A stretch of DNA of 64,000 bases from Octopus sinensis. Its lineage: Eukaryota. The notes below the pieces were generated by a model that made no database searches, was not told the DNA's origin, and worked only from the letters and a program-made list of their open reading frames with translations. Numbering within the stretch: position 1 is the first letter of the stretch; each line of letters opens with the position of its first letter. Of the stretch, positions 54,963 through 64,000 are shown one piece after another. Location of the stretch: the NCBI RefSeq assembly GCF_006345805.1, contig NW_021831989.1, positions 372,001 through 436,000 on the forward strand, read 5' to 3'. The position numbers were made by a program, and so were the translations under genes.

Positions 54963-55165
54963 GATTCATTTAATTAATAATTAACTTTTAATTTTTAATT
55001 TGATTATAAATGCATAATTTTTTACACAAAGTTTAGATTTTAAGGAAATAAAATATTTTTAAGTCGAAGTCAATCTACTTTTTTATTTAGGAAATAACCG
55101 AATGTATAAAAACTATTTTTATTATATTGTTAAATTATTTAATTTTATATGTAATAAATAAAATA

Positions 55166-56892
55166 ATGAATTTACCTTTTATTGGTTGCTTTTACAATCC
55201 TTAAATAATGTAGATTCATTTTCTCAACTATACCCCGAGGTTTTTTAATTCTCAAAATATTAGGCATTCCACGGATCACTCGATTGTGTGAGTCGGGCAA
55301 CCACCTGTACCTTCAACCGACTGGGGACCATTCTGGCTGTTGGCTGTACAGACGGACGCATCTTTTTATGGGATTTTATCACGATTTCAATCAGCAAAAT
55401 CATTTTAGCACACGTTTATCCTATCTCCAGCATCAGGTACGTCCTTTTACTTTTAACCACACTAGTTGGTCACGTGACGGCTGTACAATCGCCTCGGCTT
55501 CTACTGACTGGACTTGCTCTTTGTGGGACGTCAAATCCGGAGATTGTCTCAACACTTTCCGGTTTGAAAAATTGGAAAATAATTTTCAGTTTTCGGTCCC
55601 CAGTGTTAAATGTGGCCTTCAATCCTCGAAATATGGACAATATGTTGGTCGGGACTGTCAGGTCTGCAACAATTTTAATAAAACTCTCCACCTGCGATTT
55701 CGAGACAGTCCCCCTCGGACCTTCCCAGGACTCCAATATCTGTTTTTCCTACGACCGGAGAGGGAAGTATATACTCACGGGAAATAGTCACGGAATAGTA
55801 TATATATGTCCACGGAGTTTAAGGTTATGGTGTACGGATCACGGGATTTGACGTTGGTGGCCTCCTTCCGTGTTTTGGTGGGATCCTCGAATGCCACGGC
55901 GGTGAAGGCAATCGAGTTCCCGCGGAGGACAGAGTTGGGGTTTTTTTCTATTTTTAGTTTTTTTCTGGTTAATTGTGGGGACAAGACAATTCGGATATTT
56001 GATTTGGATGCTGTCCTCGAATCTGGAGTGGACGGAGAGCCCCAAACATTGCTGAGACTGCAGGACCTGGTCAACAGGTGGCCAAATGTCACGATTTTAG
56101 AAATTATTGGACGAAATGTCGATTTTCTGGTAATGGAAAGTACGTTTGTGCTTCATCTGGAAACCAAAACGTGATTTATATATGGGAAATGGCCACGGGG
56201 GTGTTGGTGAAGATGTTGGGGGACTCCCAGAGCGATGCACTGCAGGACGTGACTGTACTGGTCTTGTGGTTACCAACCAGTGGAATCCCCACCGCCCTGT
56301 GATATGTGCAGTCACCAAAATGGAGGTCTACGTGTGGGGGCATTCGAGACAGGTTTAACCCGGAATCACGTTTTTAGGAGAATTGGAGCGCATATGCCCC
56401 GGATTTTAAGGAATTGGATGAGAATGTGGAATATGAGGAAAGGGAGTCCGAGTTTGACTGCGAGGACGAGGACGCGTCGATCAAGGACGTGGACTGTTCT
56501 ATTTTTGTGTTGATTTTTCTTTTAGTGGAGATTTTTGAGGAGAATATAGACGTGTTCAAGCAGGAACTCAACCCCGAGTATCTCAGTAGGTGAGTATATT
56601 GATATGGAGGACTTAGTGACGAGGACGAGCCTTCCAAGATTGTCAAATCGCTTATATTTTTATCAATTTCTCCGGATATTGAAGACCCAGAAGATAACGA
56701 AGAAATAGACTCAGTAGAAATGTGGGGACTGTTTTAGATGCAGGTAGTCGCCCCCACGTGTTCTCAACCAAAGAGAGGGAAGGTGACCGAAGTTACTCTC
56801 GGAGATTCGGGAGGTTCCAATCCTAATAATTTTTAGATGAAATTATTCGTCCTAAAAAGACATCCAAATCACGTTCTCATTTTAATGAATGA
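55166..56892 (+). CDS. RBBP5: COMPASS/MLL WD40 subunit RBBP5
   Basis: [46 protein letters not shown] and [25 protein letters not shown]. Confidence 0.95.
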
Positions 56893-56980
56893 TTTGTTAC
56901 TTTTATTTTTTATACTTCTGTAGGCGTTTTAACAAATTTAAAGTATTTTCATTTAAGTTTTGACTGCTGTAATAATCAGT

Positions 56981-57622
56981 TCACATCACATTAATGTTTA
57001 TCCCACACAGGAACAATGACCCCATTTCTGTAGAGATTATACACCATTCCTTTATTGGTATTGACTCCGACTACGACATACGACTGACCTTCTTGCGTGA
57101 AACACGTCTCATTCCCATCATTAGTAAACACCGTCTATATAGTTCACGGAACAATACCTCTGCAATCACTTCTCTCCCATTTATGTATATATCTCCAGAG
57201 TTCTTGACTAGAATTATTTAGAGATTCATACATAACACTATCTTATGGGATATATCATTTTGAATGACTTCCCAGTTGAGCAATTTCTTGCTAATTGCAA
57301 ACATATACTCCTGATATTCCGTTCCCTCCACCAGTAGAGTGTATTTCATTTCCATTGCGTGGGCGGGTGAGATAATAATACTAAACTCTTTGCCCTCAAT
57401 CTAAGGTCATATTTATTGTGAACTGTGAATTTCTGTGTTCCGCACAAATTAAATTTCCATCGACTCTGATATTTAATCTTAAAGGATATCGTAAAGCAAT
57501 ACTTCGTTGTCCACTTTTACGACTCTTACTCCTGTCAGAGTGTTGTGATAAAATTCAATTTTATATATTCCCCTATTACTGGGAATAAACCACCAAGCCA
57601 CAGGCTGAGACAAGGATCCCAT
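56981..57622 (-). CDS. FAIM: Fas apoptotic inhibitory molecule
   Basis: Spliced VAWWFIP..GIYKIEFYHNTLTGVRVVKVDNE..RWKFNLCGTQKF, YTLLVEG and DIYINGREV..TVFTNDGNETCF follow the two-lobed FAIM1 pattern. Confidence 0.8.
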
Positions 57623-57758
57623 AGCAATATTTTGTTATTAATTTTTAATAATACAAAAAAATGTCTCAAAACATTGTTGCGTGCACTTTACAATAAAAAA
57701 TTACATAAACAGTCTAAAAACGCATAATTGTAATTAGCATATCAGTCAATCTATATGG

Positions 57759-58330
57759 TTTTTCGAGCGTTAACGTCGAAAGCGCAAGCATTAGTGTTGA
57801 CGCATCAAGCATTAGTGTTTACGCTTCAGTGATTAATGTCAAAGCTCTTAACATTGGCTTTAAAACGGCATATAAGCAAACATATTTTCCTCAATCCTCC
57901 ATAACCCGAATACTTTGTCAATGAAGAAATTGAGTGCGAATTCATGGTGGAGATTATTCTTCCAAATTAAACAATTTACACAAGCAATACATTCTTGGTT
58001 TGATCAATAATCCATTATTGAGATGTTGTTTTCTAAATATCAGTCTAAGTACTATTAACAAATGTCCTAAAGACTTTGACTACACAGTGAAACAAATTGT
58101 GAAAATAACAGCAAGGCTGCGATGAACAAATATGGAATCATTTTCCATAAAATTTTCAAATGCGATGAGTGAAAAGATGGATAAAATAAATTTAACACTG
58201 TGACTCTTTTAATTCGTTAAAAACGTTAATGCTTACTTATGTGCGGTTAAAAACTAATTTTGGACCTTAGACATCAATGCTTAAAGCATGAACACTAATG
58301 CTTGCGCTTTGAAGGTTAAAGCTCAAAAAT
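57759..58330. mobile_element. MITE-like element with ~60-bp imperfect inverted repeats
   Basis: 57759-57820 versus reverse complement of 58270-58330 (shared AAAGCGCAAGCATTAGTGTT). Termini and TSD not resolved. Confidence 0.55.
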
Positions 58331-58454
58331 ACAGACCGGTACGATTTACAGTCAACTAAATTAGTTCAAAAAATCACCTAAAGATGTCTGTGATAAGTAT
58401 AACAGAGAATTAAAAAAATGATTTCAGTCCAAAAAAGGAAAGATTAGCAAAATT

Positions 58455-60665
58455 CTAAAATTTAAAATCCTTGTGCTTCTTTGAACTGCTTGAACTTTTC
58501 GATTTATTGGACGAATGTTGGCTATCCTTTTGCACCTAAGAATAAACAATTTAAAATACCTTTTTAGACACGTGATCAGAAGAGATGTTTGGAGAGAGCA
58601 AATCATCTGTTTGTCTGACCTTCTCTTCATAAAGTGACTTAATCTTTGAAGAATCCAAATCCAACTCATCCGGATTCAAGGCCACATCAACACTCCGACT
58701 ATGTGCAGGAGGAGCTGGTATTGAATGACTGGCCTGTCCATAACAATAATGATTAATTACAGCAGACACGTCGTATACGTGAGAAGATCCCATAATCGCG
58801 GAACCAATGGAAGTTTTCTTCTCCGGAAGTACTTGATATAAAGAGGGGGTTTCGGTAGAGTCCATGTAATCCTCAATCTTCTTTCGCAATTCAATTCTGT
58901 CGGGAGTCTCGAACCCCAGAGGGAAAGTAGAGGTTCCACTTGGAGTAATTAATCTGGCTTTAAATTATTAAGTACCCTTCCATCGGAGTGTCGAGTCCCG
59001 CCAACGGAATGTGATCCTTCTCCAAAGGTACCTCGTCATCTTCTTGTTCTTCAGAAGAGTCTTCGTCAGACTCAGAACCAACCTCCATTTGCCCCCACCG
59101 TTTTCTATCGACACTTTCAATTTCCACTTCCTACAGGAATAAAACCACGCACGTGACCGGGACGTGGATCTGGTAGGCCGCAAATACATCGCCGTACAGT
59201 GGTTTGCCCGAGGCGTCCACAGGGGGCTTCCCCCATCCTCCCGCATGGTACCCAAACGAACAATTCTACAAATAACAGGACAAGCAGACGTCAGGAATGG
59301 GGGCATTCAGTCCGGGAATCCTCATGTTTGGGTAGGAGGGCGGGGGACCGTATCGCTGCATTGCAATAAGCCACGGAGGCGGAAACTTGTAGGCATCCTA
59401 AACAAGATCAAAAACAACGGCCAACAGGGCCTGCGGGCATTCCGAGCGCAATTCTGAGCTCTTCAGACAAATTGCCAGGCTTCTTTTCCATAAGCTTAGT
59501 CTCAAACTCCTTACTTTCGTAGTAAATATCGCCATGCCCCGTCATTCGCGATGGCTTAGTTTGCCAACGGAAAAAGGCGTCGTGCAATTTGGCATAATCA
59601 ATGTCAAGTTTGCCCACTTTTGGCCTTATTTTATCTCGCATTTTCGATTTTAAACTTTTATGGGCTTCCTAAACACGTGATTCCTGTGACCTACTTTCTC
59701 TTGCACAACTCCCCTCAACTCCATGATACCAGTAGCCCTTATGTAGTCGGGGAGGACGAAGGGGGTCTTCTCAAACCCACGCTTTCCTTGCAAATACTTC
59801 CTCTTAAAACACCAATGGCGGGGCACTCGGACCGAATTCCGATATGACTTGAGGAATATGAGGAGTTTGGGGTCACTGGCCGTCACGTCCTGCATTTCCA
59901 CCAACTCCGGTCTGTCCACCAACTAAAATACACAAACAACCATCAAACTTGCTTTAGTTCAGCCACAGTGTACCGATTCAGCTTTTTCCACTGCTTTTTA
60001 GACAGCTTTCGATTATCCTTGTTTTCGCGAATCTAAACAGTCAGTCGTGACACAACCTCCTTCTCGACCTCCAACTGAGCATAGGCACCTCTTGCCTTGA
60101 CGGGGACCACGTTCATGGCCTCGTCTTTGACTGCATTGCTGTCATTGCGGACTACGACTCGATTCGGCTGCGAACGAGCCTCCGCCGTCTTGAATGCGTC
60201 CAATATTCGGGTGTAGTCGAGATAGTTCGGGTCGTTCACGTCAAACTTAATTTCCTCCTCCAAATATTCGACCACCACGTTTTCTGGGAGGGGTTCCGAT
60301 GTGGGTGGCGGTTTTTCTGTTATTGGTGGGATTTTTGATCTGTTTTGGGGGTTTTTTGGCTTTTTCTTTCTTTTGCGATGTTTCAATTTGTTTGGCTGGA
60401 TTTTTGTGTGATTTTCGTCTTGCTTTTCTTGGTCTGAGGAAAAAAAGTCGGTATCTGAGGATTTTTCTACAATTTGATCTGGTTCGATATCTTGATGCAC
60501 CTCTGCTGCGGATCTTTGCTCTCTATTCGATAAAACTCGTTCCAGTTCGTTAGGTAGACGAGTTTGGTACATTGCAGTTGCATAGACCTAATTATTAATT
60601 TATATAATTACTGGATCTTGGCATTGGTTCTCATCGGGTCCTTTATTGTATGTATTTTGGTACAT
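58455..60665 (-). CDS. SF3B2: Splicing factor 3B subunit 2 (SAP145)
   Basis: VDRPELVEMQDVTASDPKLLIFLKSYRNSVRVPRHWCFKRKYLQGKRG, PKVGKLDIDYAKLHDAFFRWQTKP, and C-terminal KKHKDFKF*. Confidence 0.95.
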
Positions 60666-61006
60666 TTTTGTGAGGACTAATGGCAAACACAACAAAATGG
60701 ACAAGTGACAAAGGGTTTTTAAATTTTATTTAATTATTTAATGACTATTGACAAGTTCAAATTAATTTAATTCGAAAAAAAATTCATATCTTTTTTTATA
60801 GAAAAAAAATTAATAAAGGAGTCAAAAATCGCTAAAAATGATTTTTATGTTTCTTTTGTTAAATTAATTTTTTTATTATTAATCTTATTAGTTTAATATA
60901 CTATTATTAAAATTATTAAATTAATAATATTTAAATTCATTTTTTGTAGTTTAGTGCTTTCATTTACTCAAAATAGTTGTCATTCTCATAGAATTAACTA
61001 AATAAA

Positions 61007-61322
61007 ATGTTAAGTATTATTAAAACAGCAATCGGGGGTGGATCTGTGTATTTAATTCATTATTCCGGACTGTTATCTTCTAATGCTGATAACTACATGG
61101 TTCTCACAAGATTGAGCAATTCTGCATTCCCCGAACTAATGGAACAGCTAAACATGAATGTTCTATTATTTTTAATGCTTGTAGAGGCCGGCAGACCCTG
61201 TTTTTCAGGTCAAACAGTACTGGAATAATGGAGTTAGGAATTTGTTTTCCTCACTCAATTTGATTCCTTCAACCGTTGGAAACTCAGTCGCGACTTTTTT
61301 ACAGACCAACACTAATCTATAA
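61007..61322 (+). CDS. MICOS13: MICOS complex subunit MIC13/QIL1
   Basis: IIKTAIGGGSVYLIHYSGLLSS and KQYWNNGVRNLFSSLNLIP after one 25-nt intron. Confidence 0.75.
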
Positions 61323-61389
61323 TTTTCTCTTATTTTTAACATATTAAAACCTTTATTTCCGGTAGTTATTATTGTGTCGGAATCTCATT

Positions 61390-61923
61390 ATTTTGCTCAT
61401 TATTTAAAGATTTTGATTGTAAAACGTTCGAATGAATACAGAATTCATTTATTGATGAAGAAGATAATGAATTTGCATTGACAACTTTTGAAAAAGAAAA
61501 ATTGATAGAATTGTCAGGTGATACATTATTGAAACAAAAATTTGAGAGAGAACCGCTAATTTATTTTTGGTTGAATTTAAGTACGGAATATGAAATTTTG
61601 TCGAATAAACCAATGAAAGTTTTGTTGCTATTTGCTACCTCATATTTATGCGAAACTGGATTTTCTGGACTAGCTGCAATAAAATCTAAATATCGAACTC
61701 ATTTAGTAGTGACTAATAAGTTAAGAGTAGCACTCTCTTCAATGACACCAAGATTTCAAAAACTTTGCGCCAAGATGGAAAAAAATAATCTCACTAACTT
61801 TTTGTTTTACAAAATTGTTTTTGATAAATTAATAATTGTATTATATTATGGAATATAAAGGGAGGCGGAAGATTGTACATTTTTTCTAAGGGAGGCGTGT
61901 AAAGAAGAGCTTGGAAACCTCTG
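61390..61923 (+). mobile_element. hAT (Buster/ZBED5-like) 3' fragment with right TIR
   Basis: Dimerisation domain FWLNLSTEYEILS..MKVLLLFATSYLCETGFS..IKSKYR. TIR AGCTTGGAAACCTCTG is followed by CTCTAAAC. Confidence 0.85.
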
Positions 61924-62199
61924 CTCTAAACTATACATTTTAGAATTTTTGAAAATCTTAGTTTTGGGGATTTTATTTGGATTAGTTTTCAGGCAGTCGG
62001 ACTATAAAGTGCACCTGGTCAGAGTAATTAGATTTTATAATCCGTTTTTTATTAAGACTTTTGATAATTTGGAAAAAACTCGTCGTATGTTTGAGTTTAA
62101 AAAATTCGCTTTAATTTTTGGGGAACTATTTAAAAACTACTAATTTTTTTTCAATTAGTTAATCAAAAAAATCATTAATAATGATTTAATAATCATTAA

Positions 62200-63057
62200 T
62201 AATCATCATAATAATGATTCATTATTATGTAGCCTGGCGGATTGCCAAACTGTTTTCCCGGATAATGACGATCGAGAACCGTTGCTACTAATTAAAAAAT
62301 TGACAGCTAGTTGTCGCTAATCTCAGTGAATATCTTTAATGGGATAGTACCGGAGTATTCATCTAGATTCTAGCTAAATAAATATTTAGAATAACCATGT
62401 TTACCTATATTTTACATGCTTTATTCGTGCTTTCACGCTAAAAACACGTGATACTGTCATTTATTAGTCATGTATTTATGTGATGTCATGTATCTTGAGT
62501 AATTGTGCTGCAGTGACATAATTATTTAACATTTTGATTAATTATTTTCTAATCAAATCCAGTTAAACCTTGAAATAACTAATTGATTACTTACAGCAGA
62601 TCTCTTGTGAGAGTGGAAACTTCAGAGATCGGTTGATGAGGTGATCCATGGGATCGTGGCGTGAAATTAATTTTGATACTAGGCTAAAAACTTGGGTATC
62701 TCATTGAATAAAGATATATTTATATTTGAACATAAATCAAAAATATAAATTATTTGATGGACCGATTTGAATCAACCAATTTTTATGTATCCGCAGATCG
62801 AACTACGGTCCATCGGACATGTTGAATTATAGCCAATCCATTTTTTAAGACATTTCTCACAATAAATATGTTTACATCTTTTCCTTTTCTATTAAATTAG
62901 TTTATTTGCTAATACAAGTCGAGAAATGATTGTCAATTTCGTTCTTACTGGATTGACGATATAATCAAGGCATATGGGACATGTTTCCAAAGAATTAACA
63001 ATTGAGTTCTCAATATTCTATTATTGATAAAAAAGTCAAAATTACAATTACAGTCAT
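62200..63057 (-). CDS. RING-HC (C3HC4) finger protein; 3' exons uncertain
   Basis: Spliced CPICLDYIVNP..CKHIYCEKCLKKWIGYNSTCPMDR, a CPxDR-type RING as in PHRF1/SCAF11/RNF41. Confidence 0.6.
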
Positions 63058-63160
63058 TTTATTTTTATTGCGCAGTTAATGGAAAAAGCGCTATTTAAAC
63101 TATTATAAATCACGTGATATATTGCGAATTAAAATCATTCCTATGTTGATTTTAAGAGAT

Positions 63161-63221
63161 TTTATTGACCAAAAGACCAGGGTAAGCCAGTTAATTATAA
63201 TCCCCCGTGATCCCCGATTCA
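63161..63221 (-). mobile_element. Tail-only SINE copy (tail type 1)
   Basis: 59 of 61 positions match the tail of copy C at 14598-14658. Confidence 0.8.
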
Positions 63222-63600
63222 TGTCGCAATCGGTCAAGTGTTGAAAGCTTCATGAACGGGAAGCCGACGCGATCGAGAAAGAATTAGAGCGTACTATCGC
63301 GAGGGATGTCCAAGAAAGCAATTAAGACTAAAAATTCCCTGGCCATAGATGAGCAACGAAAAACTATACAGAATTACTCATACATCGAGATCGCAAAAAC
63401 AGGCTCTCCTCCAGGAAGTGGCTCCTCTTTGGACATGTTCTTAGAACCTCCCAAATGACGCCGGCCAATCAAACCATGGAATTTTAAACTGCCTACCAAA
63501 CAAGACAACATATCGGGCCCGACAAAGAATAACATTACCGACCACGCTCAACCATGAACTCAAGTCGTTTTGAAGAAACTGAAATCGATAGATGATCGGG
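63222..63600 (+). mobile_element. RTE-like LINE C-terminal fragment
   Basis: KIPWP*MSNEKLYRIT and RKWLLFGHVLRT..PANQTMEF across frameshifts. Confidence 0.65.
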
Positions 63601-63601
63601 T

Positions 63602-64000
63602 CTACGTTTTCAATTCTTCATAAAATTGGCGGATCTTATCCTCTGCTGCTAATGAGAGACTCTGCTGTATTTGTTTTGACTCCTCGAAATTATCAAGGTT
63701 ATCTTTGACTTTAAGGATAAAAATTTTTAACTGTAATGAATCAAATTTACCTACCATGGTGCAGAACGAGAAATCTCACGCTGTACCTCTTCCTGATCTT
63801 TCTCCATATTTTTTTGCATTTGTATTAAACTTTCAAGCATATTTACATCAAAATGGTCGTAATGTAAAAAAGTTTTTTAAGGTACAAAATACTTTTTATC
63901 GCATCTCGATGTGCAGCACATTTGTTTTTCACAATCTTCAGTAATTGTGCTGTCTAAATTGTTATTTTCATCTTTATTGTTTAGAAGATATTCATGAAGT
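63602..64000 (-). CDS. 3' exons of an unidentified gene running in from beyond the window, with an IQ-like motif
   Basis: Open exons with short introns. LIQMQKIWRKIRKR, ending ...IRQFYEELKT*. Confidence 0.35.

Noticed and set aside
63161-63600. Idea that SINE tail 1 derives from the adjacent LINE fragment
   Set aside because: The RTE-like coding remnant is on the + strand while the SINE tail is on the - strand, so they are separate abutting insertions.

Overview
AT-rich eukaryotic (animal) genomic DNA, not prokaryotic. Tight islands of intron-containing genes alternate with stacks of decayed, nested transposons. Recognisable genes: a GCKIII/STE20 kinase, COA3-like, a tetraspanin, SNAP25, CTR9, ISWI (SMARCA5-like), a myotubularin (MTMR6/7/8-like), CACYBP-like, TRMT2A, CDK7, Iroquois homeobox, NDUFA2, RBBP5, FAIM, SF3B2, MICOS13 and a RING-HC protein. 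Most introns are only about 22-35 nt GT-AG. This points (inference) to a miniaturised parasitic metazoan such as a myxozoan, dicyemid or orthonectid that still has a respiratory chain. Mobile DNA includes Jockey/I-like, RTE-like, CRE-like and R4/Dong-like non-LTR elements, hAT, pogo and IS630/Tc1 remnants, a tRNA-headed SINE family and TGT...ACA inverted-repeat elements. The most interesting observations are: (1) a Ginger/Tdd-like integrase-type DNA transposon family with 5-bp ATnnT target duplications, one copy of which carries a TTAGGG-like array; (2) a SINE whose copies carry two different 3' tails, one taken from the resident R4-like LINE; (3) a C-rich to G-rich skew switch inside the longer genes that is also visible in introns. 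Exon boundaries and base counts were read by hand, so ends marked approximate may be off by tens of bases.
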